A DNA stretch of 64,000 bases from Planctomycetota bacterium (GTDB lineage Bacteria; Planctomycetota; Phycisphaerae; Phycisphaerales; SM1A02). The position numbers and the translations under genes are program-made. The notes under the pieces were generated by a model. The model was not told the DNA's origin and did no database searches. It saw only the letters and a program-made list of their open reading frames with translations. Shown here piece by piece: positions 31,952 through 41,622 of this stretch (position 1 is its first letter; every line of letters starts with the position of its first letter). The stretch spans positions 1,227 through 65,226 of the forward strand of contig JBJOGW010000091.1 in NCBI GenBank assembly GCA_046048055.1, in the 5' to 3' direction.

Positions 31952-33043
31952 ATGATGCCTCCGCTTGCATGCGCCCTTCTGACCATGGCCCTGACGCTGC
32001 AGTCATCCCCGCCGCCGGCCGGTCCCGTGGGCAGGCCCATGCAGTCCCGACCGATGCCGGCCGACATGGTGGTGCGCGCCGAGCCCCAGGGGCTGGATTA
32101 CGGGATCGTTCCACCGTACACCACGCTGCAGGCGGAGTTTCACCTGGTGAACTCGGGTGATCGCCCGCTGACGGTGCTGCAGGCGGTGCCAAGTTGCCAG
32201 TGCACCACCGTGGACATCGTGGGCAAGCAGATTCCACCCCGAGGCACGCTGGCCGTTCCGGTGACCATGAAGGTGAGCAGCACGGGCAAGAAGAGTGCCG
32301 ACGTGAAGGTGCTGGTGGAGGGCCAACCAAGGCCCATCACGCTGGATCTGCGGGCTGAAGTGGCCTACGCCGTTCGGGCCACGGTGGCGGATGCCGACGG
32401 CGTGGAGCAGCCCTATGTGGACGCCTTCAAGGATCCGCAGCGCCTCCGCGGCGTCACCACGGTGAGCAGCACCGACGGCAAGCCATTTCGCGTGCTCAGC
32501 GTGCAGGGCGTGCCGGTGAACGATGACACGCCTCGGAACAGTCACCGCGTGGACTTTGCACTGGTTGGTGAGCCCTGCGAATCGGTGCCCAAGTACATGG
32601 TGATCGAGACCGACCGGGCGGACGCGCGGCTGATCGACGTGCGCGTGCGACATGCGTGCACGCGAATCACCCCGGGACTGGACATCGCGGAGTTCCGGTC
32701 CAACGCCGGCGTGATCGCTTCCGGCGGAGCGGGCGAGTTCGAGATGGAACTGAAGAAGATGGGCTCCAACCGCGTGGGCAGCGTGGAGAGCATGGACCCC
32801 CGCTTCCGGGCCACGCTGCTGGACCAGCGGGCCGATGGCTCGGCGGTGATGGCGCGCGTGCGGCTGGAGCCGGTGGCTGGCACGAGCGGCGTGTTCCTGA
32901 TTCCGGTGCGGCTGCGAGGCGTGACGCCCGAGGGCAGGCCGTACATGGTGCAGCGACCGGAACCCGCGCAGCCTGGCTCGCCTGCCCGGATGCAAAGCAT
33001 GCCCGCCGAGGCCGACGTGATGGTCTACGGCAAGGTGGAGTGA
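31952..33043 (+). CDS. Exported DUF1573-like protein
   Basis: 363 aa with a signal peptide. LDYGIVPPYTTLQAEFHLVNSGDRPLTVLQAVPSCQCTTVD matches the DUF1573 signature (N.G..pL.i......C.CT). Confidence 0.7.
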   Translation: MMPPLACALLTMALTLQSSPPPAGPVGRPMQSRPMPADMVVRAEPQGLDYGIVPPYTTLQAEFHLVNSGDRPLTVLQAVPSCQCTTVDIVGKQIPPRGTLAVPVTMKVSSTGKKSADVKVLVEGQPRPITLDLRAEVAYAVRATVADADGVEQPYVDAFKDPQRLRGVTTVSSTDGKPFRVLSVQGVPVNDDTPRNSHRVDFALVGEPCESVPKYMVIETDRADARLIDVRVRHACTRITPGLDIAEFRSNAGVIASGGAGEFEMELKKMGSNRVGSVESMDPRFRATLLDQRADGSAVMARVRLEPVAGTSGVFLIPVRLRGVTPEGRPYMVQRPEPAQPGSPARMQSMPAEADVMVYGKVE

Positions 33044-33050
33044 GCGGACC

Positions 33051-34388
33051 ATGGTGTGGCTTGCTGCAATCCTGCTGGCATGCTGGGATCCACCGGGCTC
33101 GACGGCGCTGCACGAGGCACTGCGGGCCCAGCCGCAGGCTCCACTTGACGCACGCGTGCCGGCCGACAAGGTGACCACGCTTGGGCCACCGGCGGTGCCG
33201 CCGGACCTGACGCCACCGCCGCCCGTGATTCGGCGCGTGGCGGCATCCGCGGCGGAAGTGCCCGTGGAGCCCGCGTGCTTCGAGGCGGCCAGGCAGGCGA
33301 TCGACCGTGGGCTCTCGTTCCTTCGCAGTTCGCAGGGACCGGGCGGTGGGTGGATGGAGGGCGTGGCGGCGCAAGGATCCGAGTCGCCACAGGTTTCGCC
33401 GGCCGCCGGTGCGGCCGTGACCGGGCTGGTGATCCGGGCCTTTGCACAGGCCGGCATGCAGGCGGACCCGGCCGTGCGACGCGGCACAGAGCGAATGCTG
33501 ACGCTGATCAAGCCCGGGGGCAAGCTGGATCCGGACCCCTCGGGAGGCCTGGGTTCCTACGTGGCCAGTTGCGGCGTGCTGGCACTGGCCGCGTTGGATG
33601 ACCCGGCGCAGAGCGAGGACCTTCGGGCATTGGTGGCATGGCTGAAGCAGGCCCAGTGGGATCAGGGCGAGGGTGTGCGCCCCGAGCACGACTGGTTCGG
33701 TGGCGTGGGCTACGGACGGAACGGTCGTCCCGACCTGAGCAACACCCAGATGATGCTGGAGGCCCTGCATGAGAGCGGTGCCAGCGCGGGTGATGCCGCG
33801 GTTCAGCGGGCGCTGGCCTTTGTGGCGCGTTGCCAGAACCGGAAGGTCGACGGCGCGCCGGATTGGGCCATGCGGGGATCGGATGACGGCGGCTTCGTGT
33901 ACACGGTGGCCAACGGCGGCGAGAGCTTTGCCAGTGAGGTCGCGGGCGAGGGTCGGTACGGGGAACGCCTTCCGGCGGACACGCGAAGCCTGCGGAGCTA
34001 CGGCAGCATGACCTATGCGGGATACAAGAGCATGCTCTTCGCCGGGCTGGGGCGGAACGATCCGCGGGTGCAGGCGGCATTGGAGTGGATGCGGCGCCAC
34101 TACACACTGGACCAGAACCCGGGCCTGGGCCCGCAGGGCCTGTTCTACTACCGGACGGCCCTGAGCCGGGCGCTGCTCGCTGGGGGCATCGATCGCCTTC
34201 GGGACGCCACCGGCACGGAGCACGACTGGCGATGCGAACTGATCCGCACGCTGGTGTCGTGCCAGCGCCCCGATGGAAGCTGGGTGAATGCCGAAGACCG
34301 CTGGATGGAGGGCCACCCGGACCTGGTCACGGCCTACGCCCTGCTGGCGATTCAGGAGGCGATCAAGCCGACGCTGCGGGCGAACTGA
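33051..34388 (+). CDS. Prenyltransferase/squalene-oxidase repeat (alpha/alpha toroid) protein
   Basis: 445 aa. It has repeated QxxxGxW-like motifs (SSQGPGGGWMEG, QWDQGEG...GGVGYG, DDGGFVYT, CQRPDGSWVN). It starts 7 nt after the DUF1573 gene. Confidence 0.65.
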   Translation: MVWLAAILLACWDPPGSTALHEALRAQPQAPLDARVPADKVTTLGPPAVPPDLTPPPPVIRRVAASAAEVPVEPACFEAARQAIDRGLSFLRSSQGPGGGWMEGVAAQGSESPQVSPAAGAAVTGLVIRAFAQAGMQADPAVRRGTERMLTLIKPGGKLDPDPSGGLGSYVASCGVLALAALDDPAQSEDLRALVAWLKQAQWDQGEGVRPEHDWFGGVGYGRNGRPDLSNTQMMLEALHESGASAGDAAVQRALAFVARCQNRKVDGAPDWAMRGSDDGGFVYTVANGGESFASEVAGEGRYGERLPADTRSLRSYGSMTYAGYKSMLFAGLGRNDPRVQAALEWMRRHYTLDQNPGLGPQGLFYYRTALSRALLAGGIDRLRDATGTEHDWRCELIRTLVSCQRPDGSWVNAEDRWMEGHPDLVTAYALLAIQEAIKPTLRAN

Positions 34389-35844
34389 GTTCGGGAACGC
34401 CCTGCGGCGCCGCCACAAGCCGGCGGCTCCAGAGGGCCCCCTGCACCGCGGCCATGAGCAGCAAGGCGCCCGTGGCCTGATGGGCACTGGTGGAGAGCAG
34501 TTCCCACGAGGGGATGTCGGCTCCGCGACGCATGAGCACTGCGGCCAGCGCCACAAAGCCAAGGCCCACCTGCACGATGACCAGCGCGACCATGGCCTGC
34601 GCGCTCAGGGCCATGGGCCGGGCCGACGCCCGCTCACGGCCGACTGCCGAGAGCCGGCTTGCGGCGATGAGCACGGCGATGATCGCCACGATGGAGAAGC
34701 CCAGATGCCCGTGCATGGCCCACGTGGGGTGGCGGATGGCCTCCTCGGAGCCCTGCGGCGCCACCTGCAGGTGGCGGTAGGCCGCGCCCAGGAAGAGCTG
34801 CGCCAGCAGCACGCACGGGGCCAGCGCGCTCCAGAGCCGAACACCCTCGGCGCCCGGAAGGATCTGCGGCGCAGACGGGCCCAGCCAGCGTGCGCTGGTG
34901 AGGGCGGCCATGGCCGCGGCGGCGGCAAACACCAGTTGGCCGAACACGCCGTGCGCGATCGCCAGAGCCGTGCTGGGCTGCAGCAACCCGGGGTCCTGTT
35001 CGAGCGTCAGTGAGCCCGTGACGCGAAGTCCACCCATGAGCCCCTGCACACAGACCATGGCCAGCAACGCCACGGCAAGCCCGCGCACACCGGCACGCCG
35101 CTCGTGCCGCCAGCACACTGCGGTGAGCATGAAGGTGGTGAGACCCACCAGCATGCCCAGCAGTCGATGGGCGTGCTCGTAGTACACGCCGCCCTTCATC
35201 TCGCTCACCGGATAGAGCAGCATGTTGTGTCCGAAGGAGTTGGGCCAGTCGGGCACCGCCAGACCGGCCTCAAGGCCCGTGACCAGGCCGCCAGTCATGA
35301 GGAGCAGAAAGATGGTGGCGGCCGTGACCACGGCAAAGAGCGATGTGGGCGGCGGCAGCGCCGCACCCGGCGAGACACCGCGGGCGAGTCGACCGCCGAT
35401 GGCGGCCAGCAGTCCGCTGCCGGCGACGAGTCCACCGCTCCACAGCGTCGCCTCGAGCAGGGCGGCCTGCGTGTCCTTGCCCCCCACCACGCTCCCCACG
35501 ATCAGCAGATTGACCAGGCCGTTCACCAGACCAGCCCCCCAGGGACTCGACTGGTTCGCCGCATGGCGAGCCGCCACCCAACCAACACCCACGGGCACCA
35601 GCAGCGTGAGGGCGAACAGAACCTCCCCGAGCCAGAGTCCCACGCCGATCATGGCCACGTAGGCCAACCCCCACTGCACCGCCGTGCCCGCGAAACCGAG
35701 GGCCAGCGTGCTGGGCCGTACGCGTCCAGCCAGCACCGCGAACAGCCCCAACGCCGCCGCCATGGCCGTCAGGGCCAGCAGAAGCGTCACGCCCGCGGTC
35801 TCGGGCGTGATGACGGACGGGTCGTCGGCAGGCGAGAGGACCAT
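34363..35844 (-). CDS. ctaA: Heme A synthase (COX15/CtaA) with an extra N-terminal multi-TM region
   Basis: 493 aa from ATG 35844. The COX15 core begins about 190 aa in (LMTGGLVTGLEAGLAVPDWPNSFGHNMLLYP...YYEHAHRLLG). Track ORF 34363..37194 upstream of 35844 is antisense to ctaB. Confidence 0.82.
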   Translation of the reverse strand: MVLSPADDPSVITPETAGVTLLLALTAMAAALGLFAVLAGRVRPSTLALGFAGTAVQWGLAYVAMIGVGLWLGEVLFALTLLVPVGVGWVAARHAANQSSPWGAGLVNGLVNLLIVGSVVGGKDTQAALLEATLWSGGLVAGSGLLAAIGGRLARGVSPGAALPPPTSLFAVVTAATIFLLLMTGGLVTGLEAGLAVPDWPNSFGHNMLLYPVSEMKGGVYYEHAHRLLGMLVGLTTFMLTAVCWRHERRAGVRGLAVALLAMVCVQGLMGGLRVTGSLTLEQDPGLLQPSTALAIAHGVFGQLVFAAAAAMAALTSARWLGPSAPQILPGAEGVRLWSALAPCVLLAQLFLGAAYRHLQVAPQGSEEAIRHPTWAMHGHLGFSIVAIIAVLIAASRLSAVGRERASARPMALSAQAMVALVIVQVGLGFVALAAVLMRRGADIPSWELLSTSAHQATGALLLMAAVQGALWSRRLVAAPQGVPELSSPAASA

Positions 35845-35880
35845 GAGCGCTATGGTAGACCTTCGACCTCGAGCGGTCGC

Positions 35881-36840
35881 ATGCAGACCATCACGCACAA
35901 CAAGCCGACCGGACTGGCCGCCATGGCACGGGATGGCTCCACGCTGGTGAAGGCCCGGCTGAGCCTGCTGGTGCTGGCCACCACGCTGGTGGGCTACCTG
36001 CTGGCGGATCCCAACGACCTGGATGGCCGTCGGCTGACCTGGACGCTGGTGGGCACCTTTCTGGCTGCGGCGAGCGCCTCGGCGCTGAATCAGGCGATCG
36101 AGCGGCATCACGACGCTCGCATGCGGCGCACCGCGGATCGGCCCGTGGCGGCGGGAAGGCTGAGCCGGTCGCTGGCCGTGGTGATCGGATTCGTGCTTGG
36201 CTACACCGGCTGCGCGGTGCTGGCCATGCAGGCCAACCTGCTCTCGGCGGGACTGGCCGCGTTGACCATCGTGCTGTATGCCGCCGTGTACACACCCTTG
36301 AAGCGGCTGACTACCTTCAACACGGTGGTGGGCGCCGTGGTCGGTGCCGTGCCGCCACTGATCGGCTGGGCAGCGGCCGCCGACACGCTGCAGCGCGGTG
36401 CGTGGGTGCTGGCGGCGCTGCTGTTCACCTGGCAGTTGCCGCACTTCTTCGCCCTGGCGTGGCTCCATCGGGAGGACTATGAGCGGGGCGGGTTTCGGAT
36501 GCTTCCATCGGCTCCGGGTGGCGAGGTGTTGGCGGCGCAGACGGGCCTGCTGGCCAGCCTCCTGCTGGTTCCGATCGGCCTGATGGCCACGCTGCTGGGA
36601 CTTGCGGGCATCGGAAGCGGGGTCGCGACGGCGGCGGCGGGGCTTGGCCTGAGCTGGTTCGCGCTGCGGCACCTGCAGCGGTGCGACGCCGCAAGCGCCC
36701 GCAACCTGTTCCTGGCCAGCCTGGCCTATCTGCCGCTGGTACTGGTGGCCATGAGCGCGGACCGCGGGCCGATCACCGGTGTGGCCGGCACGCGCGGTGG
36801 ACGCGTGGTCGTGCAGGAAGTTCCCGCGGAGCGTCCATGA
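35881..36840 (+). CDS. ctaB: Protoheme IX farnesyltransferase (heme O synthase)
   Basis: 319 aa from ATG 35881. UbiA-family motifs are ALNQAIERHHDARMRRTADRPVAAG and YTPLKRLTTFNTVVGAVVGAVPPLIGW. It is divergent from ctaA with a 36-bp spacer. Confidence 0.93.
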   Translation: MQTITHNKPTGLAAMARDGSTLVKARLSLLVLATTLVGYLLADPNDLDGRRLTWTLVGTFLAAASASALNQAIERHHDARMRRTADRPVAAGRLSRSLAVVIGFVLGYTGCAVLAMQANLLSAGLAALTIVLYAAVYTPLKRLTTFNTVVGAVVGAVPPLIGWAAAADTLQRGAWVLAALLFTWQLPHFFALAWLHREDYERGGFRMLPSAPGGEVLAAQTGLLASLLLVPIGLMATLLGLAGIGSGVATAAAGLGLSWFALRHLQRCDAASARNLFLASLAYLPLVLVAMSADRGPITGVAGTRGGRVVVQEVPAERP

Positions 36841-37874
36841 ACGAGGCATCGCGCGGTCCCCGTCGGATGGGATTCCGCGAAGGCGGCTGGGTGGTGCTGC
36901 TGGCGGCCCTGCTGGCCGTGGGCGTGATGGTGTGGGCGCTCTGGGGCGTGTTCGCCGGCCGCAGCACACGCGGTGACGGCCGCACGGTGGAGAGCTACGG
37001 ATTCGACCTGTCCGAACTGCGCACAGACGGAGGGTCGCTGGTGGCCAGCGGCCAGCCGCGCGACTTCCTGCAACCGCTCGACGAGCCTGGCGTGATGCCG
37101 GGTCACGAGATGCTGGCCTACAACGCCGCGCGACGGGGCAAGTACGTGGTGAGCGGCGACCGCGTGGTGGGCTTGGTGCTGAACGGCGTGGCACGCGCGT
37201 ATCCCGTGCGGCTGCTGAATGCCCACGAGGTGATCAACGACACGGTGGCCGGCGTGCCGATCGCGGTGACCTTCAGCCCGCTCTGCGACGCCGCGGTGGC
37301 GTTCGACCGACGCGTGGCGGGGCGCACGATCTCGTTCGGCGTGAGCGGGCTGCTGCTGGACAACAACCTGGTGATGTACGACCGGGGCGACCGGCCCAGC
37401 CTCTGGAGCCAGCTTGGAGCCGTGGCCATCGCGGGACCGATGGCCGGCACCCCGCTGCGGATGCTGCCCGAGGTGCAGGTGTGCACCTGGAAGCACTGGC
37501 TGGCCACGCATCCGGGCACCGAGGTGGTGCTTCCAGGTCCCGACGACGACCGCCGCATGAAGGGGCTGAGCTACAGCCGCTACCTGCTCAGTCCGCGGCT
37601 GGAGTTCCCCGCAGCGCGGTGGACCGACACCACCGGTCTTGCGGCCAAGACACCGGTCATCGTGCTTCGTCACGGCGACGCCGCGGTGGAACTGCCGCTT
37701 CAGGACGCGGCGGCCGGCATGCCACCGTTCCGGCTGGGCGAAGCCACGGTGGAGGTGGACGCGCAGGCCCAGCCCGCCAGCGTGCTGTTTCGCACGCAGG
37801 ACGGATCGCCCCTGCTGGTGCTGAACTGCCTGCACTTTGCGCGCGTGAGCTTCAGGATCCCGCCGACCACGTGA
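36837..37874 (+). CDS. DUF3179 family protein with an N-terminal membrane anchor
   Basis: 345 aa from ATG 36837, in ATGA overlap with the ctaB stop. VARAYPVRLLNAHEVINDTVAGVPIAVTFSPLCDAAVAFDRRVAGRTISFGVSGLLLDNNLVMYDRGDRPSLWSQ matches the DUF3179 core as I recall it. Confidence 0.72.
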   Translation: MNEASRGPRRMGFREGGWVVLLAALLAVGVMVWALWGVFAGRSTRGDGRTVESYGFDLSELRTDGGSLVASGQPRDFLQPLDEPGVMPGHEMLAYNAARRGKYVVSGDRVVGLVLNGVARAYPVRLLNAHEVINDTVAGVPIAVTFSPLCDAAVAFDRRVAGRTISFGVSGLLLDNNLVMYDRGDRPSLWSQLGAVAIAGPMAGTPLRMLPEVQVCTWKHWLATHPGTEVVLPGPDDDRRMKGLSYSRYLLSPRLEFPAARWTDTTGLAAKTPVIVLRHGDAAVELPLQDAAAGMPPFRLGEATVEVDAQAQPASVLFRTQDGSPLLVLNCLHFARVSFRIPPTT

Positions 37875-38481
37875 GCGAACCCAGCCACAGCGTGGCGTAG
37901 AGGGCCAGCCACACCGCATCCAGAAAGTGCCAGTACATGGCGCAGTACACCACGCCCTCGGGATGCTGGGGGCTGTAGCGTCCCGTGCCGGCGCGTCGCC
38001 ACACCAGCCAGAGCGGGATCAGGCCCCCGAGCACGTGCGCCGCGTGCAGTCCGGTCAACACGTAGAAGGTCCATGCGTAGAGGCTCTCGTCGATGCGCAA
38101 CTGCCGGCGCCACAGTTCCAGCCAGGCCCATGCCTGGACCGCCAGGAACAGGATCGCCAGGATCAGCGTGAGCCCGGCCCATCGCGAGGCCTGGTCCCGC
38201 CGGCCGCTCCGAACGCTCCGGACGGTGGCATGCATGGTGCCGCTGCTGGCGAGCAGCGCCGCGGTGGAGGCCAGCAACAGGTGCGGCAGTCCCGGTGATC
38301 CGTCGGGTCGGAACGGTTCCACCGGATCCGGGTTCCAGCGCACCACCAGATAGCCCAGCATGGTGGTCAGGAACAGCACGGCCAGCGTGGCCAGGAAGAG
38401 CCACATGCCGAACACGCCGGCGGCATGACGTGGCGTGCCGCCGCTGAAGGGATCGACCACCCGGACGGTCTTCACCGCCAT
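37852..38481 (-). CDS. Cytochrome c oxidase subunit III-family protein (second, short paralog)
   Basis: 209 aa. MWLFLATLAVLF... and FYVLTGLHAAHVLGGL...YWHFLDAVWLALY are typical of CoxIII. Confidence 0.8.
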   Translation of the reverse strand: MAVKTVRVVDPFSGGTPRHAAGVFGMWLFLATLAVLFLTTMLGYLVVRWNPDPVEPFRPDGSPGLPHLLLASTAALLASSGTMHATVRSVRSGRRDQASRWAGLTLILAILFLAVQAWAWLELWRRQLRIDESLYAWTFYVLTGLHAAHVLGGLIPLWLVWRRAGTGRYSPQHPEGVVYCAMYWHFLDAVWLALYATLWLGSLTWSAGS

Positions 38482-38497
38482 GGCGGCAACGTCGGGT

Positions 38498-38923
38498 TCA
38501 CGGTGCGTAGGGCTTGAAGCGGGCCACGGGCGCCCCGGGGGCCTGCGACTGCAGCGTGGACTCCACCTCGGGGGGGTTGCCGTCGAACTGCAGGTGCCGG
38601 TACTGGCCCGTGTCCATCAGGGCGAAGGCCAGCAGGAGCAGCACGAACACCGTGCTGCCCACGAAGGTGAGCAGATTGAAGGGCCGGTCCCAGCGCAGGT
38701 GCATGAAGAACAGCGCCACCAGCGTGGCCTTGATCACCGCCACGCCCAGCGCGATCACCATGTTGAACTCGCCCGCGTCGACGTAGCGCACCGCCACGGT
38801 GATGGCCGTGAGCACCAGCAGCGCGGCGCCCACCGCGAGCAGCATCCACATGGGCACCAGGTGACCGACCAGCGGGTGCGGCTCGCCGTGCGAGGACTGC
38901 GATTGGGGGTTTCCGTGAGCCAT
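38498..38923 (-). CDS. ctaF: Cytochrome c oxidase subunit IV (prokaryotic COX4 family)
   Basis: 141 aa from ATG 38923. LGVAVIKATLVALFFMHLRWD is the hallmark of the family. Confidence 0.8.
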   Translation of the reverse strand: MAHGNPQSQSSHGEPHPLVGHLVPMWMLLAVGAALLVLTAITVAVRYVDAGEFNMVIALGVAVIKATLVALFFMHLRWDRPFNLLTFVGSTVFVLLLLAFALMDTGQYRHLQFDGNPPEVESTLQSQAPGAPVARFKPYAP

Positions 38924-38930
38924 GGCTGCC

Positions 38931-39890
38931 TCAGTGGATGAGATAGAAGAGCGGGAAGAGGAAGATCCACACCAGGTCGACGATGTGCCAGTACAGGCCG
39001 CCCACGTCGACCGGCGTGAAGTACTTGCTGCTGAAGTGGCCACGCGCTCCTCGCCAGATCAGCCATGCCAGCATGACCATGCCGGCGAGCACGTGGATGC
39101 CGTGCAGGCCCGTCATGCAGTAGTAAATGGCGAAGAACAGGTGCGTGTTGGCCGGCATGGCCGGATCCGCCAGGTGCAGGGCCGGCTTGACGAACGCCGG
39201 ATCGTCGCTCGGCACCGGCAGGCCCTCGGCCTGCGCCTGCTCACGCGAGGTGGCCAGGCCCGCCGGACCTTGCGAGGCAGGCTTGATGGCACTGGCTTCG
39301 ACTGGCGGCAGGGCGACCAGCGTGGGCACCGTGGCAGGCGCCGGATCGAGCGGATTCAGGGTGGCCGGCGGAGGCTCGGGCGCCTTGGCCAGCTCGGCGC
39401 GCTCGGCCTGACCCAGCTCGCCCTCAGGCGGGACGTAGAACGTCTTGCCCCACACCAGATGCTCGTGAATCTTGTGGCTGTACTCGAAGTACTTGATCAC
39501 CATGAACCCCACGGCCCCCATGAAGGTGAGCACCAGGCAGACCAGCATGGCCTGCTTTCGGTCGGTCTGGGCGAACCGGACCGCCATCGCCATGGTCAGG
39601 CTGCTCAGGATGAGCACGCAGGTGTTCACGCCACCCATGAGCGTGTCCAGGTAGTGGCTGGCGTAGCTGAACACCTCGGGGAAACGCACGCGGAGCACCG
39701 CGTAGGCCACGAACAGCGCCCCGAAGAACAGCACTTCGGTGGCCAGGAACAGCCACATGCCCAGCTTGGCGCTGTCGAACTGGTGGGCCGGCGTCTCGAA
39801 ATGATGCGCCAGGAACGGGTACTTGGCGTGTTCCCCGTGACCGTGGTGGTCATCGTGGCCGGCGGCGTGCGTGGAGGGAATGGAGCTCAC
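38931..39890 (-). CDS. ctaE: Cytochrome c oxidase subunit III with a ~90-aa Pro/Ala-rich loop insertion
   Basis: 319 aa. Motifs are KLGMWLFLATEVLFFGALF and IYYCMTGLHGIHVLAGM...YWHIVDLVWIFLFPLFYL. Confidence 0.9.
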   Translation of the reverse strand: MSSIPSTHAAGHDDHHGHGEHAKYPFLAHHFETPAHQFDSAKLGMWLFLATEVLFFGALFVAYAVLRVRFPEVFSYASHYLDTLMGGVNTCVLILSSLTMAMAVRFAQTDRKQAMLVCLVLTFMGAVGFMVIKYFEYSHKIHEHLVWGKTFYVPPEGELGQAERAELAKAPEPPPATLNPLDPAPATVPTLVALPPVEASAIKPASQGPAGLATSREQAQAEGLPVPSDDPAFVKPALHLADPAMPANTHLFFAIYYCMTGLHGIHVLAGMVMLAWLIWRGARGHFSSKYFTPVDVGGLYWHIVDLVWIFLFPLFYLIH

Positions 39891-39902
39891 GTGGGGTCGT
39901 CC

Positions 39903-41603
39903 TCAGTGGAGCGGATGCTTGGCGGCCTCGGCGGCCAGGGCGGGATCCACCACGTAGCCCTGCTCCTTCTCGTCCCAGCGGAGCGAACGGAAGTCGTAGC
40001 AGTCGCCCACGGAAGGCTGGGTGGCGAAGTTGTCGTGCGGGGGCGGGCTGGTGCACTGCCACTCCAGGCTTCCACCGCCCCACGGATTGGCCGGGGCCTT
40101 GCGGCCGCTGAAGAGGCTGCTGATCAGGCAGTACGCCGTCATCACGAAGCCCAACGCCATGACGTAGCTGCCGATCGTGCTGATCACGTGATAGACCTGG
40201 TACTCGGGCAGGTAGTCGTAGTAGCGGCGCGGCATGCCTTGGCTGCCCAGATAGAACTGCGTGAAGAAGGTCACGTTGAACCCGATGAAGATGACGAAGC
40301 AGGCCGCGGTGCCGAGCCGCTCGCTGTACATCCTGCCGGTCATCTTGGGCCACCAGTGGTGCATGCCGCCGATCATGCCGATCAGGGCCGAACCCATCAT
40401 GACGTAGTGAAAGTGCGCCACCACGAAGTACGTGTCGTGCAGGTGCACGTCGGTGTTCAGCGTGGCCAGGTGCAGGCCGGTCAGGCCGCCGATGGTGAAG
40501 AGCACCAGGAAGCTGAGGGCGTACCACATGGGGGTGGTCAGCGAGATGTTGCCCTTGTAGAGCGTGGTGAGCCAGTTGAACACCTTCACCGCGCTGGGAA
40601 TGGCCACGCTGAAGCTGATCAGGCTGAACAGCGTGTTCATCAGCGGGCTCTGACCGCTGGTGAACATGTGATGGCCCCACACCAGGAAGCTGAAGATGGC
40701 GATGGCGATCGACGAGAGGGCGATGAACCGGTACCCGAAGATGTGCCGGTGGGCGTGCACGCTGATCAGCTCGCTGATGATGCCCATGGCCGGCAGGATC
40801 ATGATGTACACCGCCGGGTGGCTGTAGAACCAGAAGAAGTGCTGGTACAGCACGGGATCGCCGCCCATGCTGGGGTCGAAGATGCCGATGTTGACCAGTC
40901 GCTCCACCACGATCAGCATGAGCGTGATGGCCAGCACCGGCGTGGCCAGCACCTGGATGATGGCCGTGGCATAGATGGCCCACAGGAACAGCGGCATGCG
41001 GAACCAGGTCATGCCCGGCGGCCGGAGCTTGTGCACCGTCACGATGAAGTTCATGCCCGTGAAGATGCTGCTGAAGCCCAGGATGAACACGCCGAAGAGC
41101 ACCGGGATCACGCCACCGGTGCTGGTGGTGGTGCTGTAGGGGGTGTAGAAGGTCCAGCCGGTGTCGAAGCCGCCCATCGCCAGGCTGAGCAGCGTGAAGA
41201 TGGCGCCCGCGATCCAGAGGTAGAAGCTGCCCAGATTGAGCCGCGGGAAGGCCACGTCCTTGGCGCCCAGCATGATGGGCAGCACGAAATTGCCGAGTGC
41301 CCCGGGAATGCTGGGGATGATCACCAGGAACACCATGATCGCGCCGTGCAGGGTGAAGAACTGGTTGTAGACGTCGGCGGTCACGCCAGGAATGGTCTGG
41401 CCCGGCGTGAGCAGCTCGGTCCGAAGCAGCAGCGCAAAGATGCCGCCCAGCAGAAAGCTGGCGAGCACGGCAACCAGGTACATCACGCCGATGCGCTTGT
41501 GGTCGAGCGTGAGGGCCCAGCTCAGGAAGCCCCTGGAGTGGGTGAGGTAGTTGTCTGGCCGTGCGGCAAGGTCGATGGGGCGGCTGGCGTCGATGGTGGT
41601 CAT
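39903..41603 (-). CDS. ctaD: Cytochrome c oxidase subunit I
   Basis: 566 aa. It is a heme-copper oxidase core ([39 protein letters not shown]). Confidence 0.97.
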   Translation of the reverse strand: MTTIDASRPIDLAARPDNYLTHSRGFLSWALTLDHKRIGVMYLVAVLASFLLGGIFALLLRTELLTPGQTIPGVTADVYNQFFTLHGAIMVFLVIIPSIPGALGNFVLPIMLGAKDVAFPRLNLGSFYLWIAGAIFTLLSLAMGGFDTGWTFYTPYSTTTSTGGVIPVLFGVFILGFSSIFTGMNFIVTVHKLRPPGMTWFRMPLFLWAIYATAIIQVLATPVLAITLMLIVVERLVNIGIFDPSMGGDPVLYQHFFWFYSHPAVYIMILPAMGIISELISVHAHRHIFGYRFIALSSIAIAIFSFLVWGHHMFTSGQSPLMNTLFSLISFSVAIPSAVKVFNWLTTLYKGNISLTTPMWYALSFLVLFTIGGLTGLHLATLNTDVHLHDTYFVVAHFHYVMMGSALIGMIGGMHHWWPKMTGRMYSERLGTAACFVIFIGFNVTFFTQFYLGSQGMPRRYYDYLPEYQVYHVISTIGSYVMALGFVMTAYCLISSLFSGRKAPANPWGGGSLEWQCTSPPPHDNFATQPSVGDCYDFRSLRWDEKEQGYVVDPALAAEAAKHPLH

Positions 41604-41622
41604 GGCAGGCTCCTCGCGAGGC

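Noticed and set aside
34363-37194. 943-aa minus-strand ORF treated as one protein
   Set aside because: Only the C-terminal 493 codons (from ATG 35844) are CtaA-like. The upstream part is antisense to ctaB and the DUF3179 gene and has nonsense composition.
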